Source: a virus
Taxonomy: Duplodnaviria; Caudoviricetes
DNA: 64,000 nt
Direction: 5' to 3' (one strand)
Virus record (IMG/VR): IMGVR_UViG_3300047545_000339
Location: 1-64,000 of that record
Part shown: piece after piece, positions 9,072 through 20,400 of the stretch
Numbering within the stretch: position 1 is the stretch's first letter
How the letters are laid out: every line of letters starts with the position of its first letter
The notes under the pieces: generated by a model
What the model was told of the DNA's origin: nothing
Databases searched by the model: none
The model's input: the letters and a program-made list of their open reading frames with translations, nothing else
Made by a program: the position numbers and the translations under genes

Positions 9072-9857
9072 ATGTCTCAACCTATAGGATTAAACTTCAG
9101 AACCAGAATACCAACATTTTCTGACGATGCATCTATTGAAGAAGCACTAAAGGTATACCACTATGGAGTAGATAACTACTCTAGTCAGGCAATTCCAGAA
9201 GATAGCATTGAAGGACACTTCACAGCTCTTCAAAGTAGAATTGCTGCAGCAGAATTTTCACTTTCTCAACTATCAGAGACATTTATTGAAGAGGTTTCTT
9301 CAGCAACAGATCCAAACGAAATAACTCCTGCTAATGCAGGAATTGTTCCACTTACAATAAAGGCGGCAGCAAATCAGACTGCGGCTCTTCAAAGGTGGCA
9401 AAATAATTCTTCAGTAAACCTCGTCAGTATATTCCCTAATGGTGGAGCATCTTTTGCAAACTATGTTTCGATAGGAGACATTGCTCAAACAGTATCAAAT
9501 GTTTTAAATATTCAAGTTGGAAACTCATCACATATAGGCATTGTTATAAAAGGTGCTGCTAGCCAATCTGCCAATCTACAAGAATGGCAAAACTCGTCTG
9601 GCTCTATTTTAGCAAGGGTAAATAGTTCTGGAACAATGTTCTCAAATAACGTTGAGGTTGTTACCGTATCTCAATCACAGACAATTACAAATAAAACATT
9701 AACAAGTCCAACTATAAATGGTGGATCTATAGTAAATGGTTCTTCAATAACTCTATCTGGAGCACAGGATAATTCATCAAGAGTAAGAAATATTACTTTT
9801 TCTACCCTAGACCCAAGCGGTGGAAATGATGGAGATCTCTGGGTCAAGTATATATAA
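9072..9857 (+). CDS. Tail fibre shaft protein
   Basis: Coiled coil, repeated Q(T/S)AxLQxWQN, QTITNKTLTSPTI and C-terminal GNDGDLWVKY. Confidence 0.65.
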   Translation: MSQPIGLNFRTRIPTFSDDASIEEALKVYHYGVDNYSSQAIPEDSIEGHFTALQSRIAAAEFSLSQLSETFIEEVSSATDPNEITPANAGIVPLTIKAAANQTAALQRWQNNSSVNLVSIFPNGGASFANYVSIGDIAQTVSNVLNIQVGNSSHIGIVIKGAASQSANLQEWQNSSGSILARVNSSGTMFSNNVEVVTVSQSQTITNKTLTSPTINGGSIVNGSSITLSGAQDNSSRVRNITFSTLDPSGGNDGDLWVKYI

Positions 9858-10516
9858 TGTCTGCAATTAGGGTTAACAATGCATGGAAAACCCCAGGAAC
9901 AGTATATGCAAGAGTATCTGGAGAGTGGAAGATTGTTGGTCAAACATTTTCAAAAGTAAATGGTATATGGAGAACAACAACCTTTGGCGCTCCACCAAGT
10001 AAGCCAATAATGAATTGGTACTCTACTGGAGTATTTGAAATAACTAATTATGACTCTAGTCTAGTATATGAGGCACAATTTGTTAGTGGTTCTGGATCTG
10101 CGTCCTTAAATACTTCTAATGGTAGATATACCTTAAATGGAGTAAATTCTGCATTTAATGTTGTTGCTAGATACGGAGTAGGAGCACCAGCATCTGAGTC
10201 AGGGTATATGGAAAGAAAAGCAAGAACTACCAAATATGTTCAAACTGGTGTAAACTGTTATGGCACAAACTGTGTTCCAAATAGAGTTGCCACATGCAAT
10301 GAACCACCATTCACTCCTGGATATTGCTGTACAGAATGTCCAGCACCTTCATATGATGGTCAGAATAGATGTATTTGTTGGAGTAAGGGTCTTCCAGATC
10401 CTTTGTGTTATGGACAACAGTGTGATCCAGTTTTTGGATATGTTGATGACGCACAGTGGGGAGGATCTCCATATTTTTATACAGATAGAGGAACAGAATG
10501 GAGCAAACAATCATGA
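9857..10516 (+). CDS. Fibre-tip protein with a 10-cysteine C-terminal domain
   Basis: Three N-terminal (R/K)VxxxW(K/R) hairpins; 10 Cys in aa 134-189. Confidence 0.6.
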   Translation: MSAIRVNNAWKTPGTVYARVSGEWKIVGQTFSKVNGIWRTTTFGAPPSKPIMNWYSTGVFEITNYDSSLVYEAQFVSGSGSASLNTSNGRYTLNGVNSAFNVVARYGVGAPASESGYMERKARTTKYVQTGVNCYGTNCVPNRVATCNEPPFTPGYCCTECPAPSYDGQNRCICWSKGLPDPLCYGQQCDPVFGYVDDAQWGGSPYFYTDRGTEWSKQS

Positions 10517-11049
10517 CAGTATACTTGTATAGAGATAATGAACCATTTATCTCTTATCCATTACCATTTGATAAAGATATACAAAAATTTCAAGAATTAA
10601 AAATAAGAAATATTTTGATATCATTAAATAAAGAAAAAATTTATAATCAAATAGGTATGGGAGAAAAAGAGATTTCTATATCAAAAAGGGGCTTATGGTA
10701 CGCGGAAATAGAAGATGGTAGTTTTTTTGAATTAAAAAATGGTGAACACGAGTTATCAGTTCAAATTTTTGATATGGATGGAAATGAAATAGTAAACAAT
10801 AAAACAATACTTACCATTTATGATAAACAAGAGGATAGAAAAGATGAAGATGGACACGAAGATGTTACACCACTAGACCTACTTAGTTCAAAGAATTATA
10901 CAACAAAAGAAATAAGAAATGAACGCTTTAATATATGTAAGGCGTGCCCAAGATTGTTTAAGCCAACAAGAACCTGTAAGGAATGTGGATGTTTTATGGC
11001 TGCAAAGACTTGGTTAAAGGAAGCATCCTGTCCAATAGGAAAGTGGTAA
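10513..11049 (+). CDS. Hypothetical protein with a C-terminal 6-Cys domain (DUF6171-like pattern)
   Basis: RFNICKAC...CKECGCFM..KT.L..ASCPIGKW. ATGA overlap favours a start at 10513. Confidence 0.65.
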   Translation: MTVYLYRDNEPFISYPLPFDKDIQKFQELKIRNILISLNKEKIYNQIGMGEKEISISKRGLWYAEIEDGSFFELKNGEHELSVQIFDMDGNEIVNNKTILTIYDKQEDRKDEDGHEDVTPLDLLSSKNYTTKEIRNERFNICKACPRLFKPTRTCKECGCFMAAKTWLKEASCPIGKW

Positions 11050-11058
11050 TGATATAAT
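11050..11058 (+). promoter_or_regulatory. Extended -10 promoter TGATATAAT, predicted leaderless
   Basis: Directly follows the upstream stop; 6 nt before the ATG at 11065; no SD. Confidence 0.75.
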
Positions 11059-11064
11059 AAGATT

Positions 11065-12348
11065 ATGGCTAGTGGAAGAACTACTAATTTTAATTTTCCA
11101 TATCCATTTTCTACAGATCCAGTAAATGTTTCTGGAGACATAGAGCAACTTGCAGTATCTCTAGATACATTTTTAGAAGAAAATGTGACACAAGAGTCTG
11201 CTGCAAATACTTTATATGTGTCTAAAGATGGAAATGATAATAATAGTGGAACCTCCCTTTCTGATGCCTTTTTAACTATTCGTGCTGCTGCTGCTAATGC
11301 TGTTGCAGGAACGACTATTTTTGTTAAAAGCGGAGACTATACAGAAAATAATCCAGTAACTATTCCAGCAAGGGTAGCCATAGTGGGAGACAATCTTAGA
11401 ACTGTTACGGTTCGACCAGCAAATAGAACAGCAGACATATTTTATGTAAATAATGGATGTTTTGTAACTGGAATAACTTTTAGAGATCATTTATCTCCTG
11501 CCGCTGCATTCGCTTTTAATCCAGATGGATCTGCTGGAAATATATTTACTAGTCCATATATCCAAGATTGCTCATCAATTACAACTACTGGTAAGGGAAT
11601 GTATGTTGATGGATCTGTTGTTGGAGGACAAAGATCTATGGTTCTTGATGCATACACACAGTTTAACGAGGGCGGCATAGGAATTCATATTGATAATGAT
11701 GGATATGCTCAACTCGTAAGCATATTTACAATCTGTTGTGAAGTTGGAGTTTTATGTACTAATGGTGGATATTGCTCTGTAACAAACTCAAACTCATCCT
11801 TTGGAACTTATGGATTAAAGGCAGATGGAGTAGGTCCAGTAAAACTTACTGGGGCAACGAATAGAACAGATCAAGTAGGAACAGAAATAGTTATTGATGG
11901 GCTTGCTGCTAGACCAGCAGTAGGCAACGTTGTATCTTTTGATGGAGGAACTGTATTTTATACTGTCGCTTCAACCACACCTCTATCAAATACTCAAACA
12001 ACTGTAACACTTATAGAAGAGGTAGAAACTCCACTGCCAATTGACACACCAGCAACGTTTCATGCTAGAAGTTTTATATCAACATCTGGACATACATTTG
12101 AGTATGTTGGTGCAGGTAATATCTTGGCTCAGGCACTACCAGAAACTGGAGGAGTTCCTATCCAAGAAAACGAAGTAGTTGAAGAAAACGGTGGAAAGGT
12201 TTTCTATACAAGTACAGACCAGTGGGGCGATTTTAGAATAGGTGGAGACCTAACAATTAATCGCGCAGATGGTACAATTACAGGTAGGACTTTTGACAGA
12301 AGTCTTTTTGCTGTCTTAACTCCTTACATTTTGGCGATTGAGGGATAA
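11065..12348 (+). CDS. Pectin-lyase-like beta-helix virion protein
   Basis: LYVSKDGNDNNSG...FLTIRAA, IFVKSGDY, IVGDNLR and SPYIQDCS. Confidence 0.7.
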   Translation: MASGRTTNFNFPYPFSTDPVNVSGDIEQLAVSLDTFLEENVTQESAANTLYVSKDGNDNNSGTSLSDAFLTIRAAAANAVAGTTIFVKSGDYTENNPVTIPARVAIVGDNLRTVTVRPANRTADIFYVNNGCFVTGITFRDHLSPAAAFAFNPDGSAGNIFTSPYIQDCSSITTTGKGMYVDGSVVGGQRSMVLDAYTQFNEGGIGIHIDNDGYAQLVSIFTICCEVGVLCTNGGYCSVTNSNSSFGTYGLKADGVGPVKLTGATNRTDQVGTEIVIDGLAARPAVGNVVSFDGGTVFYTVASTTPLSNTQTTVTLIEEVETPLPIDTPATFHARSFISTSGHTFEYVGAGNILAQALPETGGVPIQENEVVEENGGKVFYTSTDQWGDFRIGGDLTINRADGTITGRTFDRSLFAVLTPYILAIEG

Positions 12349-12350
12349 TT

Positions 12351-12686
12351 ATGGCTACAGTACCATTGAATGCGTTTAAAACAGTTACGGCAAATCTAAC
12401 AACATCTATGACAGATGTTTATACTGCCCCAGCAGGAGTGTCATCTATTATTTTGACTGCTCAAATAGCCAACGTTACAAGCACATCTGGAAGTGCTACT
12501 TTTGCACATGTTTCTGGATCTACAGTCACAGAACTAATCAAAGACTATGAGATTCCTGGAAATGATGCTGCATCAGCAACAACTGGAAAGTTAGTTCTTG
12601 AATCAGGTCAAAAAATTAGGGTGGCAGCAAATACTTCAAATAAAATGAAATTAACGCTAAGTATCCTTGAGTCGGCAAATGAGTAA
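12351..12686 (+). CDS. Small virion structural protein
   Basis: VYTAPAG, AQIANV, KLVLESG and LSILESAN pattern, typical of phage fibre-associated proteins. Confidence 0.55.
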   Translation: MATVPLNAFKTVTANLTTSMTDVYTAPAGVSSIILTAQIANVTSTSGSATFAHVSGSTVTELIKDYEIPGNDAASATTGKLVLESGQKIRVAANTSNKMKLTLSILESANE

Positions 12687-15303
12687 AATATTATCTGGAA
12701 AACAAAAAGTAAAGTCTCCTACAGAAGTATCGGAAGACAGATATAATTTTTTAAGTCTTTCTGAAGCAGAGCCAAATTTAGGTGCTCCACTATCCTCAAG
12801 TGCTGTTTTAATATCTGATACTCAGGGTACTAGACTGTGGGTAGAAAACGTTAGCCTTATCGGATCAACTGGACCCACTGGTCCAGCAGGACCCACAGGA
12901 CCATTCGGTGCCCCAGGTGCCCCAGGAGTTGGAATTAGAATCTTGGGATCATACGATACATTACAAGACTTAATAGATAATCAGCCTACAGGACAGGTTG
13001 GAGATGGATTTTTAGTAGGACAAAACCTATATGTATGGAGTAGCATAGAAAGTACTTGGGTCTTGGCTGGTCAAGTTCAGGGTCCAACAGGTCCAACAGG
13101 CCCAACAGGTCCTACGGGTCCAACTGGACCAAAAGGAGATGACTCTTTTGTCACGGGTCCAACTGGCCCTACTGGAGCAACTGGAGCAGATTCTACAGTA
13201 ACAGGTCCAACAGGACCAACAGGACCAACTGGGCCAATTGGAGATACTGGTCCAGTCGGGGCAGCATCTACAGTAACTGGTCCAACTGGTCCAACAGGAG
13301 CGGCAGGGTATTCATCAACATACTTTGAATATCAAGCAAAAACAACATTGAACTCTGGAGATCCAGGAAACGGCTTTATTATTTGGAGCAACTTAAGCCA
13401 AACATCTTCAACACAATTAAACATTAGTCATTTAAATGGCCAAGGAATAGATATAGATCAATTCTTGTCTATACTAAAACAATATGATAAATTAATTATT
13501 CAGGATAAGAATAATTCAAACAACTATCAAGAATGGCAGGTCTCTGGTCAGCCAACAGAAACATTAACATATGCTCAAATACCAGTAACAATAGTAAGTT
13601 CTGAAGGAACTGGAACAACTGGATTTTCTAATAATCAAAATATTATTCTTGCTACTGTAAGTATAGGAGCCACTGGCCCAACTGGTCCAACTGGTGCTAC
13701 TGGTGCAACAGGTCCATCTGTGACAGGACCAACAGGACCAACAGGGGCAACTGGCCCAACTGGTCCCATAGGAGATGAGTATCAAACATCAAGCACAACA
13801 GGTTTAACCATTGGTGCTGGTACTAAAACATTAACGGTAGACGTAGAACTTGCATATAGTGCAGGACAATATGTAGTGGTTTTTTACGATTCTAGTAACT
13901 CAATGGCTGGAGAAATAACTTCCTATAATAGTTCTACTGGTGAATTAGTTTTTGTTTCTAGTGTTTTTGAAGGATCTGGATCTTATTCAATATGGTCAGT
14001 AAATCTTTCTGGAGTTCAAGGACCAACTGGACCTACTGGTGCCACTGGTCCATCAGTAACTGGACCAACTGGTCCTACTGGAGCAACAGGGCCACAAGGA
14101 GACATAACAAAGGTAATTAGAAAGCAGGTAACTGGACCATATACCTTGCTACAGGAGGATGCTGGCAAGATAATAGAGGTAACATCTTCTTCTGCAACAA
14201 CAATAACTATTCCAAACAGTAGTGAATCAAGCATTAGTGTGGATTCAACATTTGATATTGTTCAATATGGGGATGGTCAAGTAACAATATTGCCTAATAA
14301 TATTGAGCCAACATGGACTACTATGACTATAGATGCGTCGTCTGGATATGAAGATATTATTTACTCAAATTCTCAATGGGTTGTAACGGCTGGTTCATTT
14401 GCTCCTCAAGGAATATTTAGTTCCACAGACTCTATTACATGGACAAGCAATACATATCCAACAGCATTTAACAGATATACAGATATAGCATACGGAGATA
14501 GCAAATATCTCCTAGCAATAAGATTTGACAATGAGTTAAGATCTTCAACAGATCTAAACACATGGACAACTACAACTTCAACCTTTGCTCCATCAACAAC
14601 CATCTGGTCTATTGCTTATGGAAATGGCTTATGGGCAATTGCTGGATCTTATGGACAAATTGCTTCATCAACAGATTCAATAACCTGGACAACTCAGTCA
14701 TTCTTTTCTTATAATACAAATAATGAAGTAAGATCTATTTACCACGGTAACGATACTTGGGTACTAGGAGGAAAGTCTGGTTCTGGATCTGTAAATGGAG
14801 TAATAGCATATTCTACAGATGCTGTAACTTGGACCACATCATTATCATCAGTTAACAATATAACCTCTGTATTTTATGGAGGAAATATGTGGGTCGCTGG
14901 AGGATATTATCAATCAATATTTACTTCTACAGATGCCATAACATGGACTACAGCAACAGTTCCTTCTGGAACTTCATTGATAAAATCTATTACATATTCT
15001 GGATCAAACTGGTATGCAACTGGTGGATATTCTCTGTATAGGTCAACAGACACCGTAACTTGGACTACATCTTTTGACTCTCCAAGTGGACAAAGCATAA
15101 ACTCTATTTCTAGCAACGCCCTAGGAAATATTATTTCTGTAGGAACAAACGCATTGGCTAGATCTTATGATGAAAATAATTTATTATCGGTTACGGTAAG
15201 ATCTAAAAATAATGCACTAAAGTTGTCTTCACAATATTCCGCTGTAACTTTATACAAAAGAGATGAAGAAGAATGGGTTGCAATAGGAGATCTCGAAGAA
15301 TAA
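12679..15303 (+). CDS. Collagen-like (Gly-Pro-Thr) fibre with beta-propeller
   Basis: Four GPT/GAT triplet blocks and repeated STDxxTWT Asp-box blades. ATG at 12679 overlaps the upstream gene end. Confidence 0.85.
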   Translation: MSKILSGKQKVKSPTEVSEDRYNFLSLSEAEPNLGAPLSSSAVLISDTQGTRLWVENVSLIGSTGPTGPAGPTGPFGAPGAPGVGIRILGSYDTLQDLIDNQPTGQVGDGFLVGQNLYVWSSIESTWVLAGQVQGPTGPTGPTGPTGPTGPKGDDSFVTGPTGPTGATGADSTVTGPTGPTGPTGPIGDTGPVGAASTVTGPTGPTGAAGYSSTYFEYQAKTTLNSGDPGNGFIIWSNLSQTSSTQLNISHLNGQGIDIDQFLSILKQYDKLIIQDKNNSNNYQEWQVSGQPTETLTYAQIPVTIVSSEGTGTTGFSNNQNIILATVSIGATGPTGPTGATGATGPSVTGPTGPTGATGPTGPIGDEYQTSSTTGLTIGAGTKTLTVDVELAYSAGQYVVVFYDSSNSMAGEITSYNSSTGELVFVSSVFEGSGSYSIWSVNLSGVQGPTGPTGATGPSVTGPTGPTGATGPQGDITKVIRKQVTGPYTLLQEDAGKIIEVTSSSATTITIPNSSESSISVDSTFDIVQYGDGQVTILPNNIEPTWTTMTIDASSGYEDIIYSNSQWVVTAGSFAPQGIFSSTDSITWTSNTYPTAFNRYTDIAYGDSKYLLAIRFDNELRSSTDLNTWTTTTSTFAPSTTIWSIAYGNGLWAIAGSYGQIASSTDSITWTTQSFFSYNTNNEVRSIYHGNDTWVLGGKSGSGSVNGVIAYSTDAVTWTTSLSSVNNITSVFYGGNMWVAGGYYQSIFTSTDAITWTTATVPSGTSLIKSITYSGSNWYATGGYSLYRSTDTVTWTTSFDSPSGQSINSISSNALGNIISVGTNALARSYDENNLLSVTVRSKNNALKLSSQYSAVTLYKRDEEEWVAIGDLEE

Positions 15304-15327
15304 TGTTATTTTTATCATAACTAAAAT

Positions 15328-15356
15328 TTGAATATTTTTAATAACGGTGATATACT
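15328..15356 (+). promoter_or_regulatory. Sigma70/SigA-type promoter of the RNR gene
   Basis: TTGAAT-17 bp-TATACT with extended TG; AAGGAG RBS downstream. Confidence 0.7.
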
Positions 15357-15392
15357 CAATATCTATTAAACCAAAATAAAGGAGCGTGTCCT

Positions 15393-17348
15393 ATGTCATT
15401 TATTGATGAGAATGGATCAATTTCAGATCCATATAGAAACTTCATTCATGTTTCACGATATGCAAGATGGATTGAAGATAAAAACAGAAGAGAAACTTGG
15501 GTGGAAACAGTTGATCGATATATAAACTTTATGAAAAATCATTTAGTTGAAGATTATAATTATGAAAAAGATAATATTATTTTTTCTCAAGTAAAAGATG
15601 CAATTATTCAACATAAGATAATGCCCTCTATGCGTGCTTTAATGACCGCAGGACCAGCATTAGAAAGAGATAATATCGCAGCATACAATTGTTCTTTTAT
15701 CGCGGTAGATAGCCTTAGATCCTTTGATGAGGCCATGTATATTCTTATGAATGGAACAGGAGTAGGATTTTCTGTTGAGCAGAAGTATGTTAATAGTCTT
15801 CCTATTATTGCAGAGGAGTTTTATCCAACAAACACAACAATCGTTGTTGAGGATAGCAAGCTAGGATGGGCAAAATCATACAAAGAACTTATTGGACTTC
15901 TTTCTATGGGACAAATTCCAAACTGGGATATGTCTAAAGTTAGACCAGCGGGGGCACGGTTAAAGACCTTTGGTGGAAGAGCATCTGGACCAGAACCCCT
16001 ACATGCACTATTTCAGTTTACCGTAGATATTTTTAGAAGAGCAGCAGGACGTAGACTTAAGCCAATTGAGGCACACGATATTATGTGTAAAATTGGAGAG
16101 GTTGTTGTTGTAGGAGGGGTGCGTCGCTCTGCCTTGATCTCGTTATCAAACCTTGATGACTTTGAAATGGCAAAGGCAAAGAGTGGAAATTGGTGGGAAT
16201 CAGAAGGACAGCGTGCTCTAGCAAATAATTCAGCAGTATATAACGCAAAGCCAAATACTGCACAGTTCCTCCGTGAATGGAGAAATCTTTATGAGTCAAA
16301 ATCAGGAGAACGTGGAATCTATAATATGGATTCAGTTCGTAAGCATATTGATAAGTTTGATCGTCGTGACTCAAGCAAGGTAGTTGGAACTAATCCATGT
16401 GGAGAAATTCTTCTTCGTGCAAATGAATTTTGTAACCTTACTGAGGTAGTAATTGAAGCCTCAGACACTGTTGAAGATTTATCAGAAAAGATTAGATTAG
16501 CTACAATTCTTGGTACATGGCAGTCAACACTTACAAACTTTAAATATATTCGTAAATCCTGGAAGGATAATTGTGAAGAAGAAAGACTTCTTGGAGTGTC
16601 TCTAACAGGAATTTTTGGCAACAAGATTACTGCAACAAATGGAGAAAAGTTAGCAGGAATTCTTGATGCACTTAGAGAAGAGGCAGTTATGACAAATGCT
16701 AAAGAAGCAGATAAGCTTGGGATTAACCATTCTGCTTCCATTACTTGTGTTAAGCCATCTGGAACTGTTTCACAGCTAACAGGAGTATCAAGTGGAATTC
16801 ATCCATGGTATTCTCCATATTATTTGCGCTCAGTTCGTGGAGACAACAAAGATCCTCTAACAACATTCTTAAAGGAATCTGGTGTTCCAAATGAACCAGA
16901 TGTTATGAAGCCAAATGACACAACAGTATTTTATTTTCCAATTAAAGCACCAAAGGGTGCTGTTGTAACTAAGGACTTAACTGCTGTTGATCATCTAGAG
17001 ATGTGGAAGACATATCGTGAGCATTGGACAGAGCATAATCCATCAGTAACCGTAAACATTCATGAAGATGAATGGTTGCGTGTAGGCGCTTGGGTGTATG
17101 ATAATTTTGACAATGTTGGTGGAGTATCTTTTCTTCCTGCATCAGAACACACATATAAGCAAGCACCATATCAAGAAATTACAAAAGAAGAGTATGAAGA
17201 GTGGATAAAGAAGATGCCATCCAGAATAGACTGGAATATGATAACATTATATGAGACAGAGGACGGGACCACAGGAAGCCAAGAATTGTCATGTACTGCT
17301 GGCGTTTGTGAGATCGTAGACATTACCACCTCTGTGGCAACCGCCTAA
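15393..17348 (+). CDS. nrdJ: Class II adenosylcobalamin-dependent ribonucleotide reductase (monomeric RTPR type)
   Basis: YNCSF, GTGVGF, GGVRRSA, GTNPCGE, TCVKPSGT and C-terminal CTAGVC. No nrdB nearby. Confidence 0.95.
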   Translation: MSFIDENGSISDPYRNFIHVSRYARWIEDKNRRETWVETVDRYINFMKNHLVEDYNYEKDNIIFSQVKDAIIQHKIMPSMRALMTAGPALERDNIAAYNCSFIAVDSLRSFDEAMYILMNGTGVGFSVEQKYVNSLPIIAEEFYPTNTTIVVEDSKLGWAKSYKELIGLLSMGQIPNWDMSKVRPAGARLKTFGGRASGPEPLHALFQFTVDIFRRAAGRRLKPIEAHDIMCKIGEVVVVGGVRRSALISLSNLDDFEMAKAKSGNWWESEGQRALANNSAVYNAKPNTAQFLREWRNLYESKSGERGIYNMDSVRKHIDKFDRRDSSKVVGTNPCGEILLRANEFCNLTEVVIEASDTVEDLSEKIRLATILGTWQSTLTNFKYIRKSWKDNCEEERLLGVSLTGIFGNKITATNGEKLAGILDALREEAVMTNAKEADKLGINHSASITCVKPSGTVSQLTGVSSGIHPWYSPYYLRSVRGDNKDPLTTFLKESGVPNEPDVMKPNDTTVFYFPIKAPKGAVVTKDLTAVDHLEMWKTYREHWTEHNPSVTVNIHEDEWLRVGAWVYDNFDNVGGVSFLPASEHTYKQAPYQEITKEEYEEWIKKMPSRIDWNMITLYETEDGTTGSQELSCTAGVCEIVDITTSVATA

Positions 17349-17364
17349 ATAGGTCGGTTTAAGT

Positions 17365-17401
17365 AAGGGGAGGGGCCATGAATGAGGTGGCCTCTCCCTT
17401 T
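17365..17401 (+). terminator. GC-rich hairpin after nrdJ, probable terminator
   Basis: AAGGGGAGGGGCCA ... TGGCCTCTCCCTTT imperfect inverted repeat. Confidence 0.65.
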
Positions 17402-17409
17402 GCTATAAT
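17401..17409 (+). promoter_or_regulatory. Extended -10 promoter TGCTATAAT
   Basis: Abuts the hairpin; GAGGT RBS and ATG at 17425 follow. Confidence 0.75.
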
Positions 17410-17424
17410 TAGTAAGAGGTAAAC

Positions 17425-20400
17425 ATGTCAACATCATCCAATCTTTATGCAAACGCTATATTCTCAGAACATCCCATAGCAATCTATGCATTAGATGACA
17501 ACGTTAAATATATATCATTGATATCAGACGCACAAAGATACTTTGGGTCTGGAGGATGGTCTGCATCTGCAAATAATTCAGCATCTGTATCTTTTAATGA
17601 TTCTCCAGTAATACCAGAACTTGCCTCCCCATTTGTTGACAATATTTATTCTCAGATATCTGCATCAAATGTTAACTCTGATGACACAATTATTGAATGG
17701 AAAAGTCCAGAACTTTTTTCTTTCAACGAACTCAATGAAGAACTATCAACATTTTCTATAGCGCTCTATTTGTATCAAACATCATTTTTTGTAAATTGGT
17801 ATGAAATTGGATATACATACTATGACAATTCTCTTGGACAAGATGTTGAAGTCGTCAATAGGGTTGAGTCCCAAGAAGGAGAGTCTTGGATAAACTTTGA
17901 CTTCTCATTTTTGCCTAGTGAATATGATTCAAATAGTGCAAGAATATTAATAAGAGTAAACGTAGATTCTGGGGGAACACCAGAAGATTATAGGTTTATA
18001 GTAAATGGAATAACTGTTGGACAGTGGTCAGAAACATCATCAACTGAGTCTTTGGGGCAACAGCCATCACAAAACTCCTTGGGGTACGATTCTTTAATTG
18101 CATATGAGTATGGAATACAAGAAAACTCTGGATATTATATTGTAGAAAACAACAAACTTTTGGCAGTTAATGAAGGATTGCCGTTAGTGTACGGATCTCA
18201 GAATTGTACAAGACTGTATCCAGCAATAAATAATGATAGGCCGTCTATGATTTTTCCCGCTAGAGGATTTTTAAATCCACTGGGAAAATATAATGAATAC
18301 AGTATAGAGTTCTGGATGAATATAGATCCAAATACCTATGAAACAATAAGAATTTTTGGAAATACTGATACAGATGATGGAATATATGTAAACAATGCAT
18401 TTCTATCAATAAAAGTTGGAGATAATTTTGGATCTTACTCAGTTTCTGAGTGGTACAGACCAATGCTCGTTCACTTTATTTTATCAATAGATACCGCAAA
18501 TATTTTTATAAATGGAGAGCAAGTAATATCAATTCCATTTGATAGAAACTCTTATCCATTCTCTTCTACAGAAGATTGGGTAGGCTTCTACTCTCATCAA
18601 AATATAGAAATGTTTTCTATAGACTGTGTTTCTTTTTACTCATATTCTATTCCTTTACAGGTAGCAAAAAGAAGATTTGTTTATGGCCAAGGAACAAGTG
18701 CTCCAGAAATAGTCGCAGAATCATTTGATGGAAAAAGTGCTTATGTAAATTATTCAAATGCCAACTATAACGTTAATAAAATATATCCAGATACCTCAAA
18801 CTGGGAAGGTGGATATTCTAACAACATAAACAAAACAAGAACATCTCTATCCTTGCCAAACTATTCACTACCAGAAATATATATTGGTGGAAGAAATCTT
18901 GAATCTTTATATGAGGATAACAAAATAGTGAATGAATTAGAGGGAGATAAATTTTTTACTTTTAGGCCACACGTTTCTGATGGAAAGTTTGTTACAGAAG
19001 GAACTAAGTGGACAGAGCCAGGGTACATATTTTTTGATTCATTAGGAATAGTTGATTCCCTCTCTTCTATGTATGGAGTATTTTCTACAAAAAAATTAGA
19101 ACAAACATCAACGCTAATGTTGATAACAAGATCAGATAATCCAGATAGACTTCATGTTTATTTAGACAATGGAACAATATACTATGACTTTAATGGTTCA
19201 ACAATATATTCAGAGCAAATAGATCAAATTTATTATGACGAATATTCCTATGATCTTTATTCGCAGTACGAGTTTGACTATGAATATAGTTATCAAAGTG
19301 GATATTATTATAATGAAATTATAGGATGGGAATATTCCTTTGCCTTTGGATTAAAAATTAAAGACTTTGTAAATACATTTGGATATAGTCTAAAAAAGTT
19401 TTTCCAATCACCAAACAATCTTCAGGTATACTTTGGCGGGGATGGAGAAAATACATTTGAGGGCAAAATACACTCTATAGGATTTTCAGACTTAAATAAT
19501 GCTAATGAAACTTCTGATTTGTTTTTAACAAATGGAATCGTTGATTATCTTGAGTATGAATTTTTATCTAATCATTTTGCTACATATACACTTACCCCCA
19601 TAATTAGGTTTAATCGTTACTTCTTGGATATATCTGTTTCCTCACTATGGGAAGAATATTTTCCTTTATCAATATTTGCAGGATATGTAAATAATGCAGA
19701 TGGTCAAAAATATTATGATATTGACTTCTTGCAGGTAAATCTTGGATACCCATCCATTTATGAAATAGTAGAAAAACTAATAACTAGGTTTAGTTGGTCA
19801 TATGTTGAATTATTTTCAGAATATAATTTCCCATCACAAAAAGGTTATGACATTCTGGACAATGAAAACTTAAGCGGATATGAAACATATGAAGACTTAA
19901 CAATAAAGAATGAATTGAAAACTTTTATTAATACAGATAAGTCAAGTTTAAAATCATATATAACATTTCAACTATTGTCTGAAGGGGCAAATGAGCCACT
20001 TTCTAGTTTTCCATTTACAAGAGATCCATATGAATCAAAAATTGTTGATGCAGACTTAGAAAATGATCCATCAAACAGAAAAAGACCATATCTTACTAAG
20101 TTTGAATTTGTTGATAAAACTATAGTTTTTCCTCCAAAATATTTTGACTTTAACGATGTTGCTGCCGTCTTCCATTTTGTTTTCAAGCACGAGGGTATAC
20201 TTAGCAATCCCCTATACATAAGAGATTTTGAAATAGTTTCAAGAGCACTAGATCATAACACCTTTAATGCAATTGGCTCAGAAAGTGGTATGCCATTCTA
20301 TCCATATACAAGGTCTGGAGTTTATTACGAAAGCAAAACAAAGAACCCAATGATAATTTCAAAGAAAAGATCCCCATATCTTTATCTCACAGAAAGTTCT

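Noticed and set aside
15304-15392. Cobalamin riboswitch upstream of nrdJ
   Set aside because: The intergenic region is only 89 bp, very AT-rich and occupied by the promoter and RBS.
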